A stretch of 64,000 nucleotides of DNA, taken from NCBI GenBank assembly GCA_000442015.1, contig KE560904.1:1-64000 (forward strand). Direction: 5' to 3'. Both the position numbers and the translations under genes were made by a program. The number at the start of each line of letters is the position of its first letter. The stretch's first letter is position 1. The DNA comes from Rozella allomycis CSF55. Its lineage: Eukaryota. Below, piece after piece: positions 52,362 to 64,000 of the stretch. The notes beneath the pieces are model-generated. The model did not search any database, was not told the DNA's origin, and was given only the letters and a program-made list of their open reading frames with translations.

Positions 52362-53344
52362 TTACTGGAATTTGATATGATCAAATTCTTTAAATAAAGT
52401 TGTGTCAATAAATTCTATCCACTTTATTTTCTTAAGTCTTGGTAAATTTCTTATCAAATATAAGCAATTGCTATCCACTAACAGCGGATTCTTACTGAAG
52501 TCTATTTCTTCTATTCCACGGCATATTAAAGAAAGGGCGGGGAACCATTCGTGCAATACGTTACATGACGACAAAACGACCGATTTAAGCCTTTTTAACA
52601 AAAATATGCTATCGAACAGCTTTTTGGACAAAGGATTTCCAGATAGATTCAAATGAACTAAATTGGGAAATTTCACATGCATTTGAAGATCAAAATCATC
52701 AAAATCAATATTTAGATTCCTTAGAACTATTTGAGTGATAAATGGGGCAGCTTTAGCTCTTGCTATTGATTTTATAAAACCTTTTTCTACGACGCAATCT
52801 GATATTTCCAGTTCTCTTAACGATGACATCATTTTCCAGATAACTTTATGGCAATGATCACTATTTAAAAGATTAACTTGAGAAAGTTTCAGAGAAGTTA
52901 ACAATGAACAAAATTTAGAGGAACAAATTAGGTCACAGCGAAAAAACTCGCTCTTTACTAATCCAAATTTCCGTAATCTTAATTGGTTTAACAGGCGCAA
53001 GGAAGTCTTGGAAATGAAAGGAAGGGATGTGATATTTAGCTCTACTATTGAGTCTTTAAAAGTATGAAGCACTTTAAACCATTGACTAATTTCCTTTCTT
53101 GAGACTGAAGACAGGTCTATGTCAAAAGCAGATACTTTAAGTTTAAGCCTAGAGATATATTTTAAAAATGGTAACGAAAGACTGTATTTTTCAGTCAATA
53201 AAAGTTGGAGTAACTGGTCAGCTAGTGATGAAGGGAGGGCATCTAAACTAGAATTTTGAATTTCTTGATATCTTACTATGGTGATTTTTCAAATGATCTG
53301 GTCAAAACAAGCAAGCATTTTAAACGCAAACTTGAATCTAGCAT
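52362..53344 (-). CDS. Leucine-rich-repeat protein with BC-box/cullin-box-like N-terminus
   Basis: First exon MLDSSLRLKCLLVL splices to YLDALPSSLADQLLQLL; LRRs such as FPNLVHLNLSGNPL and IEEIDFSKNPLL. Confidence 0.6.
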
Positions 53345-53436
53345 TTTTTAGGGCAATATTTTCTTTATGTTTTTCAAACTCGCTCAGAAATTTCGGAAAT
53401 CAAGTCAACTATAAAATTTATTTGTTTACGAAAAAT

Positions 53437-54359
53437 TCAAAGCTTTCCTTTTTGCTTCACTGTATTAATGCTCAATTTTTTAATTACAGAAATTCATAAT
53501 CAGCAATTTGCTCTCAAAGGAATTCATTCTCTCAATCAGTAACCTCATTTCAAGCTTATTGGCTTTGTGTAAATCTTCACGAATTGTATCTCTAAGCAGC
53601 TTTTTTGATGTTTCAAATGCCACAGGAGGTACCTTAGCGTACCCCTCGCTAAATTTCAATAATTTCATTCGAAACTCGTCCTTTTTATACACATGGCTTT
53701 GATATTCAATACATAGTTATTACGAAACAATTTTGAGTTCTTTTAATTCAGCTGAATCTACTTTTCTACCCTGAAACTAAATTTGAGACTAATTGAAAAA
53801 AGCTTACCAAAATTTCATTTGAAAGAAAGTGACCAAATGCCCGAGGAAATAGTATGGAACTGCAACCTTCAGGGCAGAATCCCCATTTCATAAACGGTGT
53901 CTGAATCCAACATTCATCTGAGCACACTATCGCATCACCTTATTTGGATGAATACATTTATGTACTAAGAAGAGAAATGGTGACTGATACTCCTATGGCT
54001 GGTCCATTCCATCCAACTATCAGCACTTTTGGAAAATCAATAAAGGCGTCGATGCAGTTCTTTGTAATTTCTCCATCATCCTGAAGCTTATCTAATGTTA
54101 ATCCAACTGCGTCTTTGTTTAATAATTGCCCGCTAATTCTTTGTAAGATTGACATTTACCTACTAAAGAATTTACCATTGCCTGTTAACACCAGGACCTT
54201 TACAGTGCTCAATTCTTTGGCCAAACTTAGGACTGTCAATAAACTCTCGTATAGTTCTCTATTGAATGAATTAAGCTCATTTGGACGATTAAAAGTCGCT
54301 TCCAAAATGCCGTTTTCATGATTATTCAGTTCAATGCCGAAAATTGTGGGCAACGCCAT
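53437..54359 (-). CDS. Enoyl-CoA delta isomerase (crotonase family, ECI2/Eci1-like) with PTS1-like end
   Basis: TFNRPNELNSFN, LTGNGKFFS, FIDFPKVLIVGWNGPAIG, TPFMKWGFCPEGCSS. The spliced C-terminus is NFLKQKGKL*. Confidence 0.88.
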
Positions 54360-54640
54360 CTTGAAATTTCATAGAAAGTAAATATCTAACAAAGAACTAT
54401 TTTCTTCTACTCCTGCTGTAGGGTAGATATCAGATGCTGCCCGTCTTAAAAAATTAAGAATAAGAGCATTTGCCCTTTCAACTTCTCGATATAAATTCTT
54501 TGAGAGTTAAGTCATGAAACAAATGAGAATCTTTAAAGTCATCGACTCATCGCTTTATAAAGATGTTAATTGTTATGTAAAGTTGTGTAGTTTTCAATCC
54601 AACAATACTAATCCAAAAACTAATCTATCAAAATTTTTAT

Positions 54641-55659
54641 TCATTGTTTCATCCAATCATGATGTAATACGTCATCCAGACTAAGCCTGTTATCTGGTAA
54701 AACGTCAAGCATTCCCCGAATCAAATCAGTCACTGACTTGTCTTCAATAGCTTTATCAAAAGGGCATCGGGCAGTACAAATAGATCGAAATAATTCTTTT
54801 TTGGTTTTTGAGATGAACGGCAGTCTTCCAAATACCAATGCGTAAAGAATGACGCCTAAACTCCACGTATCAGTTAGTTTTCCGTCATATTTTTTGCCCC
54901 TAATGTGAATTAAGTGAATTAGTTACAAAATAATTTCAGGTGCGGTATACTCTTCAGATCCACATCTAGTAGACAAAAGATCGCAATCACGTATGCTCCT
55001 TGTTAGTCCAAAATCTATAATTTTCACAAGCAATCGCTTTTTAGGAGACATTAGTAACAATATATTCTCCAATTTAAGATCTCTGTGAACAAGATCAATG
55101 GAGTGCATGTATTTAATCGCACGAACAAGCTGGTGAAAAATATCCTTCGCCTCAAATGCCGATAAGCCGTCGTTATCAGCAACATAATTAAATAGTTCAC
55201 CCCCATCGATATATTCCATGACTAAGCATATATAGTCATTTGTCTTAAACACGTCATGAATCTTGACAAAATTTGGGTGTTCCTGCACCGCCTATTCTTT
55301 TCTATTAAATTAGTTACTTTTAAGGCTCTTATTTCTCTAACAAGACTAAGCCGAGCCTTGGGTGATTTTTTCAACAAATTAATTGAAATCAACTTAAGGG
55401 CCACCATTTCCTTGCCGTCTAATGTGCCTTTCAAAACTGTTGAAAATGAACCATGCCCAAGTTTTTTCAAGACACGATATGGACCAATGCATCCTGATTC
55501 TACCCCTGGGCATTCTCTTATTGCGGCAAAAAAATCATCAGCATCAAATTGCGATTTAAATAAAATAGAACTCTTGTCTGAATTTGAAATATCTACTTTA
55601 GAGGAATGAGAAGGATTTGTGACCACCATCCGCGACAGGAGTCGTTTAATATAGTACAT
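54641..55659 (-). CDS. Ser/Thr protein kinase (CAMK group, Prr1/Ppk27-like)
   Basis: LGHGSFSTV, VALK, HRDLKLEN, DFG, STRCGSEEYTAPE, DTWSLGV. Confidence 0.9.
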
Positions 55660-55870
55660 AATTTCTTATTTTACGGTTTTCCAAAATTAGCACATAGTTG
55701 AATAGAAATTTCAAAACATCGCCGATTCGCCGAGAAGGCGAGAAATACTCAGTCATTTAGAAATTCAATAGGTACTAAAATAGACATAATTGAGGGGAAA
55801 GCATTACGAATTACACATAACTTATATGCGGAAATCATAAGAACCAATTGAAAATTTATTCCAGTAATTA

Positions 55871-56708
55871 CTATGACCTTCCATATCGCTTACCAGAATT
55901 AGTCTCATAATTGTTCGTCGATTGTTGCAAATATAACAATAAAGAGGGATTCTTTGCCTTTACAACATTTAAAACCTCAGCCAATCTAGATTTAACCTGC
56001 TGATACTCAGACTATCAATAAATAATAAAAACATTACTCTCAAGTGCTTGTAAGACCTTTTCACATGTTCTTTAACTTCTTGATCCGTAGATCCCTGGAA
56101 GTCAAGGGATAAAAGTTCAATGTATTTATAGCCAAGATTTTGAAAAAAAGCAATTTTGGCTTGTCCATCATTTTTAAATTTGAAAATTGCTGTAAAGCTT
56201 TATGGCGAAAGGAACTAATATTACTTATCATTGTTTCCACAATCATCAAGGATACGAGTACATATATCAAGAAATTGATAAAAGTCCGCCGTGATATTTT
56301 GCTTATTTTGTAACGCACGGTAGTTATTCAACTGGATGATGCATTGATAATGAAAGAATAGATCTTCAGCTTGAATAATTTCAATTCTATATCCATCGGG
56401 TTCTTTTTCGCTGCCCTAATTAACTCGATTCATGTCTAATACCAATCTGTATATTCTAACTTGAAGTGGTTCTTGACGAGCGCCCGCGTCATGAAATTCA
56501 CGTACCTCAAAAATTAATTCCCGTGAATATACCAATTCTATCAATTGAAATATACCAAGTTACCTTCTGCTAATTTGGATTGCAAGTATAAATCATTAAA
56601 ACTTCTAGGTTCTGCACTTGTTCTTTCTACTTGATTATTCCCCTTGGATTTTGCAAAGGTATTTGATGAAGCTGGTCTAGCTAAAAAAATAGGATCGGGC
56701 TCTGCCAT
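55871..56708 (-). CDS. SAS6L: SAS-6-like protein (SAS6L); five exons, absent from ORF track
   Basis: Spliced YSRELIFEVR...EPLQVRIY...EDLFFHY...LQNKQNITADF...FTAIFKFKNDGQAKIAFFQNLGYKYIELLSLDF...RLAEVLNVVKAKNPSLLLYL. Confidence 0.82.
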
Positions 56709-56770
56709 AGTAATATTGTTTAGAAAGTATGGTCTCTAGGCATGAAAAATTAATTCTGAAATTTCCACGT

Positions 56771-57400
56771 ATGGACCGTAAGAGTTTTAATTAATAAAAG
56801 AAAGGTGACGATAGACGAGACTCTTATCGTGGTTACAAAAGATCAGAACCATATCACCGACGAAGTCATCGTAGCCGATCTAGAAGTCGTCACGAAAGAC
56901 GTCGAAGTAGATCCATGGAAAGATACAAAGCTCCAAGGAGTTATAATAGACACAAAGAAGGTTTATTAAATTTATATTTTTAACCTAGATGATCGTGACG
57001 ATCGTTATCATCGAGAACGTAGAAGCGGCCATTTTCGAGATGATCGAAGGGCACAAGATGAGAATAAAAAATACCATCAAAATGAAAGGAAAGAAAAATC
57101 AGAGGAGAAATTAGAAGAGATAGAAGCTGCGAAAGAAGTAAATTTGGATGAAATTACAGGTGATGATATTGCAAAGATGCTAGGATTCAATGGTTTCAAT
57201 TCTACAAAGGTATTCTAATGTATTTATTCAAATACAAGGGAAAACAGGTAACTGGAAACAGCGTTGGAGCTGTAGATGTCAAAATTGTCCGCAAGTATAG
57301 AAAATATATGGGAAAAAAGAATGATTTTACCAAAGAAGACGAGAACAATGCAACTAATCCTGCATTAATGGATACTAGTGTGCCATATCCATTTGAGTGA
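56771..57400 (+). CDS. SNRNP27: U4/U6.U5 tri-snRNP 27 kDa protein
   Basis: RS-rich N-terminus; MLGFNGFNSTKGKQV...RKYRKYM. Confidence 0.85.
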
Positions 57401-57584
57401 GAAATAGTCTAGTCATATTTATGAAATTTTTAGCAGTAAAGCATGACCAATAAACAACTATTTTTATTTCTTTGGGCAATTCCAATTTCCAAATAGCCAT
57501 ATAAAGTTTACACATAACATTTGATTCATCAATATCGGACTTTCGCCACACCACAACAGAGAAATTTCAAAATTGAAAATTCCA

Positions 57585-59759
57585 ATGTTACGTAATGATG
57601 TTGCAATGGTGGAAGTGCCTCAATCTCAAAGACCTGGACAAACAGGTAAATTATAATTTTGTTTCTTCATAGCCATTTATCGTAATCCAAAGAGCTATCA
57701 TGCTCTAGACCACAGAAACTCGCGCAACTTGTACACCTTGTATGATGTGTTTGAACATTCAGTCAAAAAATGGCCAAATAATCCATTTCTTGGAACATGT
57801 GTGAATGGAGCGTATCAATGGCAAACGTTTAAGCAAGTAGCTGAATTAAGAGGTAAAGTGAATTGTTTGATAAAGATATGATCGAGTTGGATCAGGATTG
57901 ATGACTTTGTTAGAGAAGAATGGAATTAAAAAGACGACAGCATTGGGAATCTACTCTATTAATCGCCCAGAATGGGTAATAACAGCAGAGATTTGCAATG
58001 CGTACAAAATGGTAAAAAATAACGAAATGAATGTTAGGCATCTGTAGCACTTTGTAATAAACTAAGAATAAAATGATAAAGATGATACATTGGGACCAGA
58101 CGCTGCTGCATATATATTGAACCATTCAGAAATTGATGCTGTGGTTGCAGCAAAGGTGGCCATACCTAATCTGTTGAAAGTGGCTCATAAAGTACCGAAA
58201 TTGAAAGTAAGAAGAAGCGATGAATAGGATAGGTTATTGTATCGATGGACAGCCTTAATGATGAATGTTCAGATATAACAAGACAATGGGCAAAGGATAG
58301 AAACATAATTCTTGTTGATTGGAATGAATTGGAAGTTCTTGGAAGAAAATATCCCAAAGCCCATGAGCCTGCAGGACAAGAAGACATTGCGTGCATTTGT
58401 TATACGAGTGGAACTACCGGGGATCCAAAGGGAGCGTTATTATCTCACAAGTAAGAGAGTTGAATGTAGAATAAATGAATGATGACTTGCATGTTGATTT
58501 CAATGGAATGTTTTGAGATTGATATTGATGAAACTGATGTTCATATTTCATATCTTCCTCTTGCTCATATTTTCGAAAGAATGTTAAATGTGGCTTTGAC
58601 ATGTTCTGGATCTAGAATTGGATTTTTCAGGGGCAACAGTAAAAAGAATTTTAAGGATTTAAAAGTATTAAATTTGGTTGAAGATATTCAAATTTTAAAA
58701 CCAACATTATTCGTTTCAGTGCCACGTTTGTTTAACAGGATTTATGCAAAGTTGGTGGATGGAACAATCAACGCTGCTGGGGTGAGAGGGATGTTGTTTA
58801 GAAAAGCTGTTTCAGATAAATTAAACAATTTAAAACAATACAATACTGTTCATCATTCCATTTGGGATAGAATTCTATTTAGCAGAGTAGCAGCGATTCT
58901 TGGCGGCAGAGTTCGTTTAATGTTGACTGCGTCTGCTCCATTGGCTGGCGAAGTGATGAATTTCTTAAGAGTTTGTTTTTCATGCCCAATGATTGAAGCG
59001 TATGGCGCTACTGAAACGACTGGTCTGGGAACGTTAACATTCATGAATGATTTCTCCACTGGCCACGTTGGTGTTCCCTTTCCATGCGTTGAAATAAAAT
59101 TAGTTGATGTGCCTGAAATGAATTATCTATCCTCTGACAAACCTTGTCCAAGAGGTGAAATCTGCATTAGAGGACATTCCATCTTCAAAGGCTACTTTAA
59201 AGATCCTAAAAATACCAAAGAATCTTTAGATGATGAAGGCTGGTACTTAACTGGTGATATCGGTAAAATAACACAAGATGGAAAGTTGGCTGTCATTGAT
59301 AGAAAAAAGAACATCTTTAAATTGGCTCAGGGTGAATATGTAGCTCCAGAAAAAATTGAAAATGTTTATCTTAATTGTGAATATCTTGCTCAAATATTCG
59401 TTCACGGCGATCCCCTCCAGGCTGAATTGGTGGCTATTGTAGTTCCAGAACCAACTAAACTTTCACAACTTGCCAACAAGCTAGGATTACAAAATCAAAA
59501 TTTGGAAAATTTATGTCGTTCTGATGTCATCAAAGAAAAATTACTCGCTGAAATGAATCAAGTGGCAAAGTATCAGAAATTGCAAGGGTTCGAAATTGTT
59601 CGCGCCATTTACATTGAACATTCTCCATTCACCGTTGAAAATGACTTGCTTACTTCTACAATGAAACTAAAAAGGGCTAAAGCAAAGCAATTTTATAAAT
59701 TACAATTGGACCAACTATATGATGAATTGAACCGCTCAAAACAACTGTCGAAACTTTAA
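57585..59759 (+). CDS. Long-chain fatty acyl-CoA synthetase with PTS1 (SKL)
   Basis: GIYSINRPEW, CYTSGTTGDPKG, ISYLPLAHIFER, EAYGATET, TGDIG, IDRKKNIFKLAQGEYVAPEKIE; ends in SKL. Confidence 0.95.
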
Positions 59760-59833
59760 ATAAACTTTCAAAATCTTTATTATTGTTTTTTAAAAGGTAA
59801 CAGAAACTAATTGAGTTCGTAAATGCTAGTTTG

Positions 59834-60964
59834 TTATCCAGAATTGACAAATTGTTCTCTGTCATTCTTAATATGCTTTTGAAAGCTATGCCCAAAACCT
59901 TCAACATAAACTTTTTTACCCGCTTGGACAAGTTTTATTCGTCGTTTGCCAGTAACTCCATTTCCAAACAACTTGACATTTGCATTCAATGGATCTCCTT
60001 TCTGTTTTACTCTTAAATATTGATCCCCTGGAAATTCATGGTTTACATGATTGGCAAAGGCTTTATCACCAATAGGTGGCTGCCCAAACGTGACTATTTT
60101 AACTCTGGGCATGTTAGGGATACTCTTAATATGGAGTGCTGCTAGCACGGCTAATGTTCCGCCAAGAGAATGTCCCGTCAATGTTATTTTTTTAATGCTT
60201 CCAGGCTCTTGGGCCATGAGTTTCGCCACACTTTCCGTCACTTGGTCAATGTATTCTTTGTGCATGTTGTAAAACCCGGCATGGACTTTGGAATCGGTTT
60301 GTTCATAAGCAGCGGGAAGTACCTTCAAGTCACTTTTAATGTCATCAGTTGATGATGTTCCTCTAAATGATATGGTCAATTCACCTGGCTTCTTTAGAAC
60401 TACCCCTCTCACCTGTTTGGGTTCCAATTTATCATCTATGATAATCACATTGTCTCGATTAACCAATTGCTCTTTTGGCAAATAAGGTATGTATGCATCC
60501 AATAATGTAGGCTTCAACTTTTCCATGTAGATTGCGCTATCTTTTGAGTAGACGCCATTCTCTTCCAATTCAAATTTTGATATCATGTCATCAGTACTTT
60601 TAAAATGAAAGCTTTGCTCCACTTCCTGCAATAAGGTTCTTCGTCGAAGACTTTGTCTATTGCCTAGATCTGGTCGAGCGTTAAACGCGCCTGCTTGTTG
60701 ATGAAGAGGTTCTCTACTCTGAGTTATTACCGTGTTAGGTTCTGAAATTATCGCTGATTTGAGAACATTATTTTCATTGGCTATGTTTGCACTTGCCACA
60801 GTCTTAATATTTGCGCTTGCACCACTCTTTTTCAAATTTGCACTCATCCGTGGATCCATTAATAGACTATGTCTACGGAAAACGTTAGGAACTTTAACTG
60901 GTGTTTCATTAGTGTCAATAATAAAATAGAATAAGAGTATCAATAGTACTTGTAAGACTAGCAT
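59834..60964 (-). CDS. Secreted class 3 lipase
   Basis: Signal peptide; ISFRGT, VHAGF, TGHSLGG, TFGQPPIGD, GDP and a C-terminal His. Intronless. Confidence 0.88.
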   Translation of the reverse strand: MLVLQVLLILLFYFIIDTNETPVKVPNVFRRHSLLMDPRMSANLKKSGASANIKTVASANIANENNVLKSAIISEPNTVITQSREPLHQQAGAFNARPDLGNRQSLRRRTLLQEVEQSFHFKSTDDMISKFELEENGVYSKDSAIYMEKLKPTLLDAYIPYLPKEQLVNRDNVIIIDDKLEPKQVRGVVLKKPGELTISFRGTSSTDDIKSDLKVLPAAYEQTDSKVHAGFYNMHKEYIDQVTESVAKLMAQEPGSIKKITLTGHSLGGTLAVLAALHIKSIPNMPRVKIVTFGQPPIGDKAFANHVNHEFPGDQYLRVKQKGDPLNANVKLFGNGVTGKRRIKLVQAGKKVYVEGFGHSFQKHIKNDREQFVNSG

Positions 60965-61073
60965 TTGGAGTCTAACGTTTGTAACAAGTTTAACTCCTGC
61001 AACATCATTAAAAATAGCGTTTCCTTAAATAACTTTTCGGTCAAAATTTCACGGTATTTGCTTAGCCTCGAAA

Positions 61074-63061
61074 ATGTATTGGTGGTTTTATTCACTGGAA
61101 ACTTCACCAGCAACCGATGCTAACGCTAAAATAGATTCTTTTAAAACATACAAAATTTCCACGATTCAAAAATGGCTGCCATTTCCTTACATCGATCATG
61201 TTCAGCTTGAAAGAGAATATTCCCGAAAACAATCTGGAAATAACTATTCTTCAACTTTAAATGTTTTAGAACATGAATTGTACGAAGCGAATATTGAAGA
61301 TATGACGTTAAAACCTATTTATTGGTCAGGGAAAACATTTACTATCCGAAGGTATATACAATACGAAAAAATGAAATAGATCGAAATGGTTTTATGAATC
61401 TGAAAATTTTATTGTACCTTGTGATGAAGTATTGGAAAGAATTTTGGAAGAAAAGTATTTGGAGTTTGAAGCATTTGTTACAGCAGATGATGAGAATGAA
61501 GAAGATTGTGATATTAAGCCGGAAAATGAATCGGTTAGACGAGCAAGCAAAAAAGGATTTCAAGTGCAAGAATTCAAACTTGGCCAGCCTTTTGAATATA
61601 TGACTGGTCATTTCATAACAGGAAAGCATAATAAAGCGTGGATTCATGATACTACAATAGCATCACAAATAACAAAAGCTATTGTGCACTACGTGTCAAA
61701 GTCACATGCAGTAGAGCTCCCAAGTTATAAGTTCTTACGCGGCATTAATAGGTTTCGGATGTCAGCAATGCAGTATAACCAACAAATCACTTTATTAAAC
61801 AATGAAAAGGAAAAGTATAGTGTAATTATTGAAATGGCAAGAGTGGGAGAATCTTTGGCCCTTGAAAAGGATTGCAGATTTACGCCAAATCATTTAGTTT
61901 TTGTTATTCACGGGTAAAATGAAATATGACCATGAATTCAGAATAGGACAAAAGATGCTGGAAAAAAAGGATAGAGATATTGTCGTCAATACAGACCAGA
62001 TGAGATCCATCATCAATAGAATTCATCCTGATAATAAAGTCATGTTGCTGCCGGTTCGTTGGAGAACGCAGCTTGAGATGTATTCTGATGGAGACAACGA
62101 AAAATTTGATAATCTGTACAAAGATATCACTTTGCAGTCTATTCCAATGATACGCGAAATAATGTCTGACATTCTACTTGACATTTTACTATATATGAGT
62201 CCTTCACATTCCAGCTTGATACTTGAAACTTCTGTGGGTGAACTTAATCGCATATACAAACTCTTCAAAACCAATTTTCCCGACTTTAGTGGCAAGGTAT
62301 CTTTTTTTGGACACTCATTGGGTTCAATAATTGCCTTTGATATTCTGTGTCATCAAGACATCCCGCCAATGAGTCCTAAATTCGCTAATCTTAGAATTAA
62401 CTCATCGGAAATCCCAGACTGGATGCCGAAACCCGCAATTCCTGTCCAGAATAATCCCAATTTCAATCTTGATTTTGAAGTTGACAACTTTTTTGCTGTG
62501 GGATCTCCCATTGGTGTTTTTGTATTGCTTAGGGGACTTAAAATCATTGGCGGAAAGAATGAAAATACTTTGAAACTTTACAATACCCTTTTAAAATCGA
62601 ATTCCCATGAAAAACTTGTCACGATTGCTTGCAAACGATTGTTCAATATATCAGATTTTTATGACCCGATTTCATATCGAGTAGAACCTCTAATTTGCAG
62701 ATCATTTAACGAAGAGCCATGTGCAATTGAATCAATTAAGAATGTAAGTTGCTTTAATGTTTTGTGATAGGAAACTTCAAATTTGGCTAAAGGCGTGAAT
62801 TATTTATTTAAAATCAAAAGAAATCTAACATCGAGCAATTCTAACTTGCAAAGTTCTAATAGCCGCCCACAAAGTCCAGATGAAAATAATGATCCTCATT
62901 CCATCGTTCAAAACTTAAACAACACCGGTAGAGTGGACTATTACCTAAGAAATGATTCCCTTCTTGTGAACCAATATCTAAACTCTATAAACGCACACAT
63001 GAGTTATTGGAGAAATGAAGATCTATTGAATTTCATTATCCAAAATATTTATTATACTTGA
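61074..63061 (+). CDS. DDHD-family intracellular phospholipase A1
   Basis: HLVFVIHG|IGQK, LPVRWR, FGHSLGS, FFAVGSPIG, YDPISYRVEPL, GRVDY, HMSYW. Confidence 0.9.
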
Positions 63062-63092
63062 TTAAATAAAATCGCATTTATATTTTTAGGCA

Positions 63093-64000
<908 letters not shown>

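Overview
This is a gene-dense, AT-rich eukaryotic window with about 45 protein-coding genes, tiny intergenic spacers and many very short (~26-30 nt) spliceosomal introns that fragment the ORF track. It combines fungal-type housekeeping genes, flagellar genes (IFT54, SAS6-like, EFCAB9), a vinculin and a Crinkler-type effector. This points to an early-diverging zoosporic fungus or fungal relative, most consistent with a Rozella-like endoparasite (inference). Manual splicing recovered genes that are absent or unrecognisable in the ORF track: a RING1/RNF2 (PRC1) orthologue with RING and RAWUL domains, SAS6L and EFCAB9. The most unusual items are four: (1) an LDLa + class-C-like 7TM receptor fused to a complete bacterial-type FIST (NosP-like) sensor domain; (2) a secreted copper-radical-oxidase/heme-peroxidase fusion in which both active sites look degenerate; (3) several introns that appear to need non-canonical GT-TG splicing; (4) a ~485-nt intergenic fold-back element. 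Five single-N positions mark contig joins, three with duplicated flanks. All family calls come from recognising motifs by eye, not from database searches, and exon boundaries are manual predictions.
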